From positions 1 to 64,000 of IMG/VR virus record IMGVR_UViG_3300024054_000362: 64,000 bases of DNA, one strand, 5' to 3'. The notes beneath the pieces were generated by a model. The model saw only the letters and a list, made by a program, of their open reading frames with translations, searched no databases and was not told where the DNA came from. Below are positions 11,768-21,801 of the stretch, piece by piece (positions within the stretch are counted from its first letter, which is position 1; each line of letters starts with the position of its first letter). Made by a program: the position numbers and the translations under genes.

Positions 11768-11837
11768 CAGTAGTCGCCTTGTGCTGTACGGAACGTCGCG
11801 TTGCCGGCCACCTCACGACGACGAAATTGGAATCTGA

Positions 11838-12488
11838 TCATGAGAGCGCCCCTCCTGCAAACGGTCTTAGATTCGTCCACGATTTTCGAAGACGGATGCG
11901 GCTCACCATGACTGCGCTGACATTCAAACGTTTCGCGACCGAAGCCGCCGTTTCGCCGTGTTCCATTCGACCGAGGGCTTCATTGGCAAGATCTTCGGTC
12001 AGTTTACACGTTCGTCGATTGCGGCCTTGTGCATCACGCGACGCCCATACGCAGTTACCCGGTTCGTAGTTGCCGTTGTTGTTTCTGCGTTCGATCGTCA
12101 TCCCGTATGGACGCTCGCCCATGTCGGTTAGGAACGATTCAAAACTGTTACGCCAACGATCACAGATGCCGATCCCACGTCCGCCGTAGTCCTTCCAGTT
12201 TGGATTTTTGGAGTTGGTGCAACGTTGAATGATCGAACACCACGTTTTGTGCGTTGGCGATCCAGATCGACCATGCGTGGTCAGACGATCCGTGTTCGTT
12301 TCAGGCTGCAAACAACCACACGAGTTGGTGCGAGCGCCAAGATCTTGACCGACTCGTATACAAGTCGTCTTCGGATTGCAATCACAGATGCAGACCCAAG
12401 CAAGACGTGCCCGGCCGCCGCGCATCACGTTCGGCGCGCGAGCGACGATTACAAGCCGTCCATAGCGTTGACCGATAACACGTCGCAT
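11838..12488 (-). CDS. Phage HNH homing endonuclease-like protein
   Basis: GQRYGRL..CICDC..W..IIQRC..YGGRGI..W..F..F..DMGERP..TIER.NNNGNYEPGNCVWA. Confidence 0.85.
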   Translation of the reverse strand: MRRVIGQRYGRLVIVARAPNVMRGGRARLAWVCICDCNPKTTCIRVGQDLGARTNSCGCLQPETNTDRLTTHGRSGSPTHKTWCSIIQRCTNSKNPNWKDYGGRGIGICDRWRNSFESFLTDMGERPYGMTIERRNNNGNYEPGNCVWASRDAQGRNRRTCKLTEDLANEALGRMEHGETAASVAKRLNVSAVMVSRIRLRKSWTNLRPFAGGALS

Positions 12489-12492
12489 CTGA

Positions 12493-12888
12493 CTAGAGGT
12501 CTCCTACTTTCATGCGGAACGTAGCACCACCTGCCACTTCGTAGCGGAACTTGTCCAACGTCGTTGCCGCCGTCCAGCTGTCAGCGGTGTCCGGCGGCGC
12601 CGCGCGGTTGCCGAGGTACTCCTGGACGAGGGTCGCGAGCGCGCAACCACCAATGGCTTTGCCAGCACCCTTGGCCTTCTGATAGATCGCGCCCCAGTCG
12701 GGCAGTTTGCCTTTGAGCAGCGTCTTGAATTCGCCGATGAGCGAGCTGATCGAGGTCTGGTTCTCGGAACCGCACTCGATGATGGCCGCGGTGATCGGTC
12801 CGAGCGGATCCGGTCCGGTGCCCGGACAGCTCGCGTTCGTGGACAGGAGCCCGAGCGCGAAGAACACAACAAGGAGCGGGCGCAACAT
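12493..12888 (-). CDS. Putative lipoprotein/secreted protein
   Basis: Hydrophobic signal peptide followed by Cys. Palindrome promoter upstream. Confidence 0.55.
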   Translation of the reverse strand: MLRPLLVVFFALGLLSTNASCPGTGPDPLGPITAAIIECGSENQTSISSLIGEFKTLLKGKLPDWGAIYQKAKGAGKAIGGCALATLVQEYLGNRAAPPDTADSWTAATTLDKFRYEVAGGATFRMKVGDL

Positions 12889-12927
12889 GCCCCGAGCGTA
12901 TCACAGCACGATCGCGTGAGCGATCGA

Positions 12928-13440
12928 TCAGCCTCTACGCGGGATTTGGATGCCGGCCTCGCGGATGCCTTTGGAAATCGCACGAAAGACGGCGTCCTGA
13001 ATCTTCACATCGTACGCCGGCCAATCGGGCGCATCGAACCCGACGCTGTAGTCGAACCAACCGACGCCTTCACCTTGCGCCTGCATGGCGGCGTACCAGC
13101 CAGCCTGATCGGCGTCTTCCATCTTGTCGTCGAGATGGTGCAGGTCTTCGGTCGTGAGGACGTCGCGGACCTTGCGCGCGTATGCCTTGCCGACGCGATC
13201 GGCAGCGGCCGGGACAGGCGGCAGAACATCCATCCATTCACCGCCGGATCCAGGATAGAGCGCTCGGTAGGCGGCCATCATCGCCTCCGCACGTCGTGGC
13301 TTGCCGTCGCGTTCTTCTTGACGAGCATCCTCGGCGAGGTTCTCGACCTGTGAGATGTACGGGCTCGCCCAGAACGCCCGCGCGGCGCCCTCTGCAAACG
13401 AGCCCCAATCGTACCAGTCGTTCGGATGCGCGCGCGGCAT
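12928..13440 (-). CDS. Hypothetical protein
   Basis: Start MPRAHPN follows TGGTATACT by 6 nt (leaderless). Confidence 0.6.
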   Translation of the reverse strand: MPRAHPNDWYDWGSFAEGAARAFWASPYISQVENLAEDARQEERDGKPRRAEAMMAAYRALYPGSGGEWMDVLPPVPAAADRVGKAYARKVRDVLTTEDLHHLDDKMEDADQAGWYAAMQAQGEGVGWFDYSVGFDAPDWPAYDVKIQDAVFRAISKGIREAGIQIPRRG

Positions 13441-13506
13441 GTCGCGAGTATACCACAGGTCCCAAAGCGGATCGCTCGCGCGATCGTCCCGTAGTAGCAT
13501 CGGTCC

Positions 13507-14292
13507 GTGATCTTTTCGCAGTTTGGACAAGCCGATCCAGTCGAGGCGCTGGCCGCCTGCGCGGCAACACCGGCAACCTGCACAGCGTTCACGAGCATTC
13601 TTGCGACGCTGACGCAGATCGGCTCGGATCGTCGCGTCATCGAGCTGGTCGGTCAGGCCATGCAGCGTGGCCCGGAGGGCGGAACGAACCAGTTCTACGC
13701 GGCGCCGATTGCGTTGAGCGTGGTGCGTTTCCACGCGGACGCAGATCCTGACTTCGCGGCGACGACGATCGTCAACGCACTCGAAGTGGTTCTTCGAGAT
13801 GCCGTGACGACGCGCGCGAGTGATGGTGAGGGCGGTTTTCTGAAAAGCGCGATCGGGGGGTTGCAGCAGCGTCTCGTCATCCGCTCGACGACGCCGGTCC
13901 CTGTGGAGTTGGGCACCCGTGCTGTGGCGGTTCTTCGTCAGCTTGCCGCGTCAGGGCTTCAGGTGGCGCCGGAAGCCGCCGGGGTTCTACAGGCGATGGG
14001 AGAGTCGGTGACGGCGCCAGCGCCGACACAAGAATCGGCCGATCAGCGGGCTGCGGCGAGTGCAGCTGAAGCGGCAGCGACATCGACCGCGCCGTCACCG
14101 ACGACGTCGTCGTTCAAGATCGCGCTGGCGGTAGGCTTCGGTGTAATCGCCGTCGTCGGGATCGCGATCCTGATCGGCGTGAACTCGGGACCTTCGCCAG
14201 CGTTGGCACGGGCGCGTACACACGGTGGTCGACTGCGTCGGAAGGCTCAGGCAGGCCTTCGACGCAAGGGCGATCGCTCGCGCGATCTATGA
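13507..14292 (+). CDS. Tail-anchored membrane protein (QFGQ)
   Basis: MIFSQFGQ start, C-terminal TM helix and Arg-rich tail. Confidence 0.7.
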   Translation: MIFSQFGQADPVEALAACAATPATCTAFTSILATLTQIGSDRRVIELVGQAMQRGPEGGTNQFYAAPIALSVVRFHADADPDFAATTIVNALEVVLRDAVTTRASDGEGGFLKSAIGGLQQRLVIRSTTPVPVELGTRAVAVLRQLAASGLQVAPEAAGVLQAMGESVTAPAPTQESADQRAAASAAEAAATSTAPSPTTSSFKIALAVGFGVIAVVGIAILIGVNSGPSPALARARTHGGRLRRKAQAGLRRKGDRSRDL

Positions 14293-14304
14293 TAAGTTAG
14301 TGGC

Positions 14305-15246
14305 ATGTTCACCGTGCAGCTCGCTCGCGCGTTCGGTCAGACGGATGTTCCCGTACCGCAGCTCGATCCTACGGTGCTGTCGATCGGCAACACGTTAGCG
14401 CAGGTCGAATCGAACCTGAAGCAGATGTTCAACGCGCTCCAGATCGCGAGCGTTGCGGCACCGAATCAAAAAATCGGGACCGAGATCATCACGACATACC
14501 AGACACAACGCGCGGCGTTTGCGGCGTCCGTGCAGGTTTGGATCGACGGTTACAACCAGACGCCGCAGGATCAACGCAACCCGGACGATCCGACGGCTGC
14601 GCCGATCCTGCCGCCGGACATTAGTGTCCTGACAGCGGGACTCGGACGGCATGGACTGGCGGACGGTATTCTGCCGTCACAGATCGTCGTGAAGTACGGA
14701 CCGATCGGCGCTGAGAAGGTCTCGGGTCTTGCTGCATCGTTCTACGATCCGTACTTCGCGTACGCGTACTCAGGGGCCTCCACAAGCGCGGGCCTCGGCG
14801 TTTCGCCCATTGTACTCGTGCTCATTGGTCTTGCGATCGTCGGCGGGGTCATCGTGGCTGTCTCCGCGATTTTGAAGGAGAGTAACGCGGCGATCATTGC
14901 ACGCGCTGACGCCGATCGACAAATCGCTAATTCGGACGCGGCTGTGAAGATCATCAGTAAGCGTGCTGATACACTAATCGAGTGTATCCGCGGCACGACG
15001 GATCAAGCACGTTTGAGTGCCTGTACAGCTGCAGCTGATTCTAAAGCGTTACAAGAAATCCTCAGCATCGCCAAAATCCAACCAAGCACAGGACCAAAAT
15101 CGATCGGGTTTCTCACTGCCGCCGGGATCATGATCGGCGTCGCCGTCATCGCAGGAGGTGGCTACCTGATCTACCGCAACTCACAGAGAGACGGTCATCA
15201 GCCACGAGCGTCTCGGATGCGTCGCGACAGTGACTTCGAGGACTAG
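14305..15246 (+). CDS. Membrane protein with AFGQ and GLG motifs, two TM segments
   Basis: ARAFGQ, AGLGRHGLAD, AGLGV, and a TM ending GGGYLIYR. Confidence 0.7.
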   Translation: MFTVQLARAFGQTDVPVPQLDPTVLSIGNTLAQVESNLKQMFNALQIASVAAPNQKIGTEIITTYQTQRAAFAASVQVWIDGYNQTPQDQRNPDDPTAAPILPPDISVLTAGLGRHGLADGILPSQIVVKYGPIGAEKVSGLAASFYDPYFAYAYSGASTSAGLGVSPIVLVLIGLAIVGGVIVAVSAILKESNAAIIARADADRQIANSDAAVKIISKRADTLIECIRGTTDQARLSACTAAADSKALQEILSIAKIQPSTGPKSIGFLTAAGIMIGVAVIAGGGYLIYRNSQRDGHQPRASRMRRDSDFED

Positions 15247-15251
15247 AACGC

Positions 15252-16034
15252 GTGTTCGTCGTTCAACGCGCGCAGTGGTTCGGCGCTGAGCTTCGACAAG
15301 CATCGGGATGTGCACCTGACGCTTGTGCGGACAACGGCTTCTTGCCGTCACCAGCTGCGGAGCTTCAGAGCTGCGTCGACGCCGGTAATTGTATCGACAC
15401 GACCGGTGATCCACGAGCGTCGAACCCGGTAGTCGACTTCGCCGCGTTGGCGTGTTGTCCGCCAAGTGCGACGGTGATCCTGAACCTCGACAAGATGATC
15501 CAACAGGGTCGCGGCAACCTCTCGTATCGTGCGCTCACCGGCAGCCCGGCCGTCTTGAAGGCACTCGCTGCGCACGCATCAGCGAATCCCGATACAGCCG
15601 TCGTTACGGCCGTCAAAGCTATCGACGCGATCTTGGAACACGTCAACCTGAACGGCGCCGCCGACGACGACAAGACGGCCGTCGACGAGGCGACGAAGGT
15701 TCTCGCGACCAACATCCCCAAAGCGACATCAGCCTCTGCGGCGCGCGGAATTCTGAAACTGAAAGACCTGTCCGATCTCGCGTCGCAGCGTGAAATGGCA
15801 GCGTCGGCCGCAAAGGCCCTCGCGGCGCTTCCCAAACCGACTACGCCGACGTCTACAACACCGACGCCCGCGGCACCTACAACAAAGTTTCAGCTGTCGA
15901 CGCGCGCGAAGACGGCGTTGTGGGTGACGGGCGCTGTCGCGGCGGTTGGCGGAAGCGCGTTTCTACTTTGGCGCACGACGCGCGTGCCGAGCCCGCGCGC
16001 ACACGCGATCGCCGCACGGCGTCGACGGCGTTAG
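15252..16034 (+). CDS. Tail-anchored membrane protein
   Basis: QWFGA motif, Cys-rich N-terminus, P/T linker, TM helix, RRRRR. Confidence 0.7.
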   Translation: MFVVQRAQWFGAELRQASGCAPDACADNGFLPSPAAELQSCVDAGNCIDTTGDPRASNPVVDFAALACCPPSATVILNLDKMIQQGRGNLSYRALTGSPAVLKALAAHASANPDTAVVTAVKAIDAILEHVNLNGAADDDKTAVDEATKVLATNIPKATSASAARGILKLKDLSDLASQREMAASAAKALAALPKPTTPTSTTPTPAAPTTKFQLSTRAKTALWVTGAVAAVGGSAFLLWRTTRVPSPRAHAIAARRRRR

Positions 16035-16633
16035 CTACGTAGACGACGGCGTACGAAAAACACCGTCGTTGCGACACCGATAGCCCAACCGAGGGCAACG
16101 CCGATGACGATGCCGACCTTGGAGGTTGTGGTGAGCTGATCGGGAACGATCGGCGCAGTCAGGTTTGATGTTGACGAGGACCAGATAGCGTCGGCGATCC
16201 CGGCGAACTTCGCTGCCCAAAGACGGGCATGGTTGCCCATTTCGAAGATCACGATGTTGGTGAAGATTTTGAGGTTGGCAGGGTCGATGATGTCCGATCG
16301 GAACGTGTCGAGGCCCAGGAACTTGGCGAAGGTCATGTTGGGATCGAGCCCCAAGATGCTGGAACGCGCTGTCGTGACGACTTTCGTCGAGCTGGAGATC
16401 ACGCGCGCCGCAAGGAACGTACGCCTGCCGATGAGGCCGTCTTCGGGGATGGTCGGTGCGCCGACGAACAGTGCGACACGGTTGATCGCGTGTTGAAGCG
16501 TGAGGAACGCGTTGCGCGCGTCGTCGTTGAGTGGGCGCAGAACGCGAAACCCTTCACTATCGAGCGACACGACGAAGTCGACGTTTTCGTCATAGGCGAG
16601 CTGGCTTGACGCGTCGATGTGAGCGGCGAGCAC
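16031..16633 (-). CDS. Tail-anchored protein with possible peptidoglycan-binding-like motif
   Basis: LQHAIN..EDGLIGRRT, then a C-terminal TM helix and RRRLRS. Confidence 0.6.
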   Translation of the reverse strand: MLAAHIDASSQLAYDENVDFVVSLDSEGFRVLRPLNDDARNAFLTLQHAINRVALFVGAPTIPEDGLIGRRTFLAARVISSSTKVVTTARSSILGLDPNMTFAKFLGLDTFRSDIIDPANLKIFTNIVIFEMGNHARLWAAKFAGIADAIWSSSTSNLTAPIVPDQLTTTSKVGIVIGVALGWAIGVATTVFFVRRRLRS

Positions 16634-16692
16634 GAAGTCAACCTACCATGAAGCACCTCGATCGCGTGCGCGATCAGGTGTATCGTCGACGC

Positions 16693-17289
16693 ATGGCGCA
16701 GACCCTGGAGACTCATCTCGTCGCGGCCTACATCGTGAGCCGCAGAGTGACCTTCGCCGGTGCGCCCGTTACCCTCGTCAAGCTCGCACAGATGTGGCAG
16801 CTGCCAATCGAAGCAGGACAACCTTTCCTTGGTGCCGAAGTTCTGACGCGCGTCGCGAAGTATCTGAGGATGACGTTGCCCGATCTGATGGCGGCTGTCC
16901 GCAAGATGCCACTACCCGAACCTGTGCCGTCGACGCCACCGGCTACGCTCGAAGTTACGACCATCAAGATCGAGGCGCAGCCCGTGACAGTGACGTTACC
17001 GCCTCCTGCAGCCGTGCCGCCGACGCCAGAACCGACGCAGGTCATTCCTCGCGCGCAGCTCGACGAGCTGCGCGCGGCGTCTCGAAGTGCAACGCCTGAA
17101 CCGCCCGAGAGGGATTCAGCACCAGAGATCGTGATCTCGTTCGACGAAGACGACCTGACGCCGAACGAACCAGAGATGTCGGCGTCGTCGGTATCAGAAT
17201 CTGCCGAACGTGTCGAGGCCGCCACCACTGAGACGTCGGCCACGCCGGTCAAAAAATCTCGTTCGCGCAAGAGTAAGAAGGCGCGGTGA
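16693..17289 (+). CDS. Hypothetical Pro-rich protein with basic tail
   Basis: ATG 6 nt after TATCGT, downstream of the palindrome at 16660. Confidence 0.6.
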   Translation: MAQTLETHLVAAYIVSRRVTFAGAPVTLVKLAQMWQLPIEAGQPFLGAEVLTRVAKYLRMTLPDLMAAVRKMPLPEPVPSTPPATLEVTTIKIEAQPVTVTLPPPAAVPPTPEPTQVIPRAQLDELRAASRSATPEPPERDSAPEIVISFDEDDLTPNEPEMSASSVSESAERVEAATTETSATPVKKSRSRKSKKAR

Positions 17290-17322
17290 GCACGCCGCGA
17301 CGCTCGCCGCTATCCTCCTGCC

Positions 17323-17775
17323 ATGCCATACCGAGTGCAGCTGGTCTACTTCCGTCCGCTCGGGAAGAGGCAAGGCGATTTTTTGGCGTTCGTCGAATGT
17401 GAAATCGCGGAGGAAGGCCTTCCTGCGATCTGGGAGGAGGTCCGCGAGCTGCGTCGCATGGGCCAGTTGCCGGGCTTGCGGCCGAACGCGGGCCGGGACT
17501 TGTTCATCTTGGTCGACGTGCCGAACCATCCTGAGCGGCGTCTGCAGCTTCTGATTCCGCCGTACATCAACGACGAAGACGTGACGCCCGTGCGCATCCC
17601 GACGGAGGAGATGCCCCCGCTGTCGGTTCGACTTCCGCTCGACGAGATTCCATCGGTGCGGACCACGACGCGTGATGTTTTGAAGCCCGAACCTGAACCG
17701 CTGCCAGAAGTCGACGATGAAATCACGCCGGTTGACCGTCCAGTACTGGGAAGACCCGTCGACGAGTCCGAGTAG
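17323..17775 (+). CDS. Hypothetical protein
   Basis: Protein-like ORF. Confidence 0.6.
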   Translation: MPYRVQLVYFRPLGKRQGDFLAFVECEIAEEGLPAIWEEVRELRRMGQLPGLRPNAGRDLFILVDVPNHPERRLQLLIPPYINDEDVTPVRIPTEEMPPLSVRLPLDEIPSVRTTTRDVLKPEPEPLPEVDDEITPVDRPVLGRPVDESE

Positions 17776-17796
17776 GCTGCGCTACGCTACGGTTCG

Positions 17797-18114
17797 GTGC
17801 CACTCCTGTACGACGCCAACGGCGACGAGATCTATCCGGGTGGCGTCACGCGTACGGACATTCGTGCCGCTGCAGAAGCAGCCGTGCTAGCCGACGAGTG
17901 GCAGACCGCGACCGACCTCGTCAACCACTACGGTCTACACGGCATCTGTGTCGCTTGCGTGCGTGCGCTCGCGACGACGTTCATCTCGGATAGCAAAAGC
18001 GCGTCGCGCTGGCGCGTGTGCGATGACTGTGAAGAAAAACACCGGCCGGTCGGCATCGCCTTCAGCGACGTGAAGGTGATGATGCACGGCCTCATCAAGC
18101 GCAACGTCGTCTAG
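17797..18114 (+). CDS. Hypothetical Zn-finger protein
   Basis: CVAC...CDDC. Confidence 0.5.
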   Translation: MPLLYDANGDEIYPGGVTRTDIRAAAEAAVLADEWQTATDLVNHYGLHGICVACVRALATTFISDSKSASRWRVCDDCEEKHRPVGIAFSDVKVMMHGLIKRNVV

Positions 18115-20129
18115 ATAACGTAGTCGGTCTCCAGCTTCTCGAAGACTTCGTAGAGCGAGAAGAATCCCAGGTGCGCGGTCAGGTCGCCGACGCCAAAGCT
18201 CGCGACGAGCTGGTCCGAACCCGGCCGCCGTCCGAGGCCCGCACAGAACTCGATGCCGTGCCTTTCGAAAACGAACTGCGGCGTCATCGAGACGATCCGG
18301 AAGTCGGGATCGAGGTACACGAACCGATGGCTGTAGTTGCGGATCGCGCCTTGGAATGCCACGGCGTGAACGATCACTAGCCAGCCGTTGTCGACCCAGA
18401 CCGCCTGGCTGCCGCCGCGGAGGCGGCCGGGGCTGTAGTCGACGTCCGTCATCGCGAGCGCGCGAGGGATGACGATCGGCGTTGGATCGATGCGGTAAAG
18501 AAAGTCGGTCGCCAGTACGGGCTTTCCGACGATGGGCATCCAGTTCTTCTGTGGGAACCGATCCCACGGACCTGTAAGCACGGCGGCCTGGACGATGTCG
18601 TAGCCTTCGCTCAGTCCAAGAAGCGCGATCTGACGTTGACCGTCGGTGAAGTCGCAGACCGTCGCCGTACAGAAGAGCTGATCGTTGCCGGAGAACAGTC
18701 GGCAGTCTTCGAAGCCATGCACCGGAAACTCCGTGCGCGGCACGCCGGAGAGATCGCGCATCTCATAGAGCTGCTCGATCTCGAAATCATCGGTCAGCTC
18801 GGCCATGTAGTTCTTGGTCTGGATCGAAGAGCCGTCGGGCGTCAGGTATTGGCCGTTCTGTTCACGGTAGTTCGTAGTTCGGATGACGCAGCGCCATCGA
18901 TCGCTGAAGTGGATCGACGGGTTGAGCGGTACGAACGGCTGCGACGGCGTGTAGTTGATCGTTTTTGTTTTGGTGCTCGGGAACAACTCGGACGCGACCT
19001 GCGCGTACGTGCTGAGGTTGAAGCGGAGCTGTCGATCGTCTGGACGTGCGCGTAGAGCCTTCTCGGCCCACGTACGACCTCGGGCGCGCATGGTGAGATC
19101 GCCGGTCGTCTTGCTGACGTAGTAGGCCGAGGTCGAAGCCATCGTTGCCGCGCGCCAGTCGTAGACGTTTCGATCGAGGAACAGGATTGCGTCTTTGGGT
19201 TGTAGGATCGCAGCTGCATGCGCGGCGAAGAGATGCATGAGCGGCAGGTTGTCCTTGCCCTCCCAGTATCGTGCGATCGCGTCGAGCGGTTCGGCGTGAC
19301 GAGGATCGTACGCGTGTGCGTCGAGATATGCCTGTTGGACATCCGCCCACGGCTTGCCGAGCGCTTGAAGCATCTTGGCGATTCGGAATTTTGCCTCGTA
19401 GACCTCTTCGCGCATGCCTCCGAGTGCGATGCGCGTAAGGTAGGCGCGGATGGCTTTCTCGTGCTCACCGAGACACTCGTAGGTCTGGCCCAAGTAGAAC
19501 CACCAACGCGGCTCGGATGGTTGTTCCATCGTGTCTTGTTCGAGGAGGTCGCGATCGCGCTCCCAGCGCGCCCGCGAGTTGGCGAGGCTCTGTTCGGACA
19601 TGTCCTGCTGTACGACGGCTTCGGGAATGAGCTGTCGCGCGTACATGTTCGAGCCGGCCGGTCCGCCAACGTACTCGTGTACCCGCCCGTGATAACGCCA
19701 GCGCGCGGAGGCGCGCAACACGAGCGGCAGTAGATACTGGAGGTCGCCACGACTGCCTGGTCGGCGGATCGTGATCATGTAGGCTGGATCATCGCGGTCG
19801 ATCTGATCGTTCAAGAACGATCGAAGCTGTGCGCCGTTGATGATCGTGTCGTCGGCGTCCGGCATGAACGTGAAGACGCTCGCCTGGCCGTGTAGCTCTA
19901 GTGCGCGGTTTCGCGTTGCACCGAAATTCACGAACGGCGCTTCGTGCAACATGAAACCTTCACCGCACCGTGCGAGCCGTTCGCGAACGATCGTCTGGGT
20001 TCCATCGGTCGAGCCGGTGTCGAGGATCGTCGCGCAGTCGACGAACGGCAGGATCGAATCGAGCGTGGCGAGAATTCCGTGAGCTTCGTTGCGGATGATC
20101 ATCACGAGGCCGAGTAGTGGTGCGGTCAC
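18111..20129 (-). CDS. GT2 glycosyltransferase-TPR-beta-propeller (GH130-like) fusion
   Basis: LVMIIRNEA, DTGSTDGT, NFGATRN, DADD and GRVHE motifs. TPR-like FYLGQTY. C-terminal EDCRLF, QKNWMP and IEFCAGL. Confidence 0.85.
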   Translation of the reverse strand: MTAPLLGLVMIIRNEAHGILATLDSILPFVDCATILDTGSTDGTQTIVRERLARCGEGFMLHEAPFVNFGATRNRALELHGQASVFTFMPDADDTIINGAQLRSFLNDQIDRDDPAYMITIRRPGSRGDLQYLLPLVLRASARWRYHGRVHEYVGGPAGSNMYARQLIPEAVVQQDMSEQSLANSRARWERDRDLLEQDTMEQPSEPRWWFYLGQTYECLGEHEKAIRAYLTRIALGGMREEVYEAKFRIAKMLQALGKPWADVQQAYLDAHAYDPRHAEPLDAIARYWEGKDNLPLMHLFAAHAAAILQPKDAILFLDRNVYDWRAATMASTSAYYVSKTTGDLTMRARGRTWAEKALRARPDDRQLRFNLSTYAQVASELFPSTKTKTINYTPSQPFVPLNPSIHFSDRWRCVIRTTNYREQNGQYLTPDGSSIQTKNYMAELTDDFEIEQLYEMRDLSGVPRTEFPVHGFEDCRLFSGNDQLFCTATVCDFTDGQRQIALLGLSEGYDIVQAAVLTGPWDRFPQKNWMPIVGKPVLATDFLYRIDPTPIVIPRALAMTDVDYSPGRLRGGSQAVWVDNGWLVIVHAVAFQGAIRNYSHRFVYLDPDFRIVSMTPQFVFERHGIEFCAGLGRRPGSDQLVASFGVGDLTAHLGFFSLYEVFEKLETDYVI

Positions 20130-20806
20130 GATCCCTCCTGAGGAACAAACACGTAGTCCCAACCGCCGAGGTGTTCACGGCGACGGTAGCGAAGAGCTTC
20201 GAGCGCTGCGGTCACTGCCGTGACGCAGTGGTCCATGATCTCGATGACGATCACAGGTCGATGGTTTTTGAAAAAGTGCTGCGCGCCCATGAGCAGCAAC
20301 TCCTCGTGGGCTTCGACGTCGATCTTCACGACGGAGATCGGAACCGGGAAGGTTCGTCGGTCCAGCTCATCGAGCGACGTTGTTGCTACCCGATGGCGTT
20401 CCTCGCCGATGTGAAGCTGCGTACCGCCGATGTTGTTGTGCACCTGGTCGTAGCTGAAGATCGCAAAGCGCGAACCACTGAGCCCGAAGCTGTAGGTGAA
20501 GATCTCGGATCGGTTGCGGGTGTTGTACTGAAGAACCGCGTGAACGTCCGGTTGCGGTTCGAAGCAGTGCACTCGCCGCGGTCTGCCGCCGTGGAGCAAA
20601 AGCCCGAGTGCGGAGAAGCCCATGTTCGCGCCGATGTCAAGGACGTCCGTGTTGGCTTTGGTCTCGTATGCGAGGAGCCTTGCGATCTCACGTTCCCATT
20701 CTTGATGGTGGATGATCGTTCGCGAGATCGTGTCGGCCTCGTCGAAGACTTTCACAGCACCGTAGAAGGGGTGGTCGACGTCTCGAAGGCGATGCAGCGC
20801 GGGCAC
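20126..20806 (-). CDS. FkbM family methyltransferase
   Basis: VLDIGANMG, HCFEP, KIDVEAHE and RPVIVIE. Confidence 0.85.
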   Translation of the reverse strand: MPALHRLRDVDHPFYGAVKVFDEADTISRTIIHHQEWEREIARLLAYETKANTDVLDIGANMGFSALGLLLHGGRPRRVHCFEPQPDVHAVLQYNTRNRSEIFTYSFGLSGSRFAIFSYDQVHNNIGGTQLHIGEERHRVATTSLDELDRRTFPVPISVVKIDVEAHEELLLMGAQHFFKNHRPVIVIEIMDHCVTAVTAALEALRYRRREHLGGWDYVFVPQEGS

Positions 20807-20879
20807 ATGCCCTTGTACTACGTAATCGCGTGTGCGATCGCGGCTCGACAGATCGACCGGACGCCGGCACCATGTGGTC

Positions 20880-21581
20880 ATGGCGAAGCGCGTGTTTTCG
20901 TCGCCGTGGACCGGCGATGTCTGGACCGATGCGCGATCGGCCGTCGGGACGTTGGCTGGATTTGCGACGTTCCTCAACGAGAAGCGTCCTCGACGAAAGC
21001 CGCCCGAAGGGCAAGACGCCGCGATCGTGCTTGCGACGGAAGCTGCAGGCTCGTATGCCGGCATTCCACGACTGACGCGTACCGGTGAAGTCGAGGGTCG
21101 TGTGATCTCGGACGCGTACTGGCAGGCGAAGGATGCACGTACGAAGTTGAGACCGCTGGTCGGTGATCGGTTTCTGGATACGCACGAGTACCGCGGCGAA
21201 AATCGACTGTACGCACTCCAACACGGGACCTACGACCCCGAACCCGACGTCAGCTTCTCCACACGCGCCGCACGGCTCGCTTGGTACGCTGCTGCGCTCA
21301 CCGAGAAGGCTTGCGCCGACAGCGAGACGGCCGAGCTGGCGTCGTACACCTACGGACACCACGCTGCGCTAGGAGCGTTCGGAGAGATCGAGGATAGCGG
21401 CGTCGAACGCGAGGTCGCGATGAACGTCGAGCGACTCTGGTGCTTCGTGGTGGCTGCTGGACGCATGCCCAAACATCCCGAGGATGATCTTCTTCTGGAG
21501 GCGTTTGAGGCTGCGCTGATGGCCGGCGAGAACGAGTTTGCGACGAGCCTCGCGAAGCACGGCTACGGCGTCAAGGTTTGA
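20880..21581 (+). CDS. Hypothetical protein
   Basis: Protein-like ORF. Confidence 0.55.
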   Translation: MAKRVFSSPWTGDVWTDARSAVGTLAGFATFLNEKRPRRKPPEGQDAAIVLATEAAGSYAGIPRLTRTGEVEGRVISDAYWQAKDARTKLRPLVGDRFLDTHEYRGENRLYALQHGTYDPEPDVSFSTRAARLAWYAAALTEKACADSETAELASYTYGHHAALGAFGEIEDSGVEREVAMNVERLWCFVVAAGRMPKHPEDDLLLEAFEAALMAGENEFATSLAKHGYGVKV

Positions 21582-21621
21582 GCCAAATAAGCTTGACTTT
21601 CAAGTAAGCTTTCCATAACTT

Positions 21622-21801
21622 ATGACTGTGTCCGATTCCTTACGAATGTTGAGCGTCCGCTTACCAGACAACCTAATCCGAAGACTTCGGGCGCACGCCG
21701 CCTTGCAAGGTCGAACCGTACAGGATGTTCTCAGTACGGTATTAGATCGTGAAATTCCATATTTAGCTACGGCGCGGACACCGCCAAAAAAGGCCCCATG
21801 A
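21622..21801 (+). CDS. Ribbon-helix-helix regulator (59 aa, not in the ORF track)
   Basis: MTVSDSLRMLSVRLPDNLIRRLRAHAALQGRTVQDVL. TTGACT promoter upstream. ATGA overlap with the MTase gene. Confidence 0.7.
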   Translation: MTVSDSLRMLSVRLPDNLIRRLRAHAALQGRTVQDVLSTVLDREIPYLATARTPPKKAP

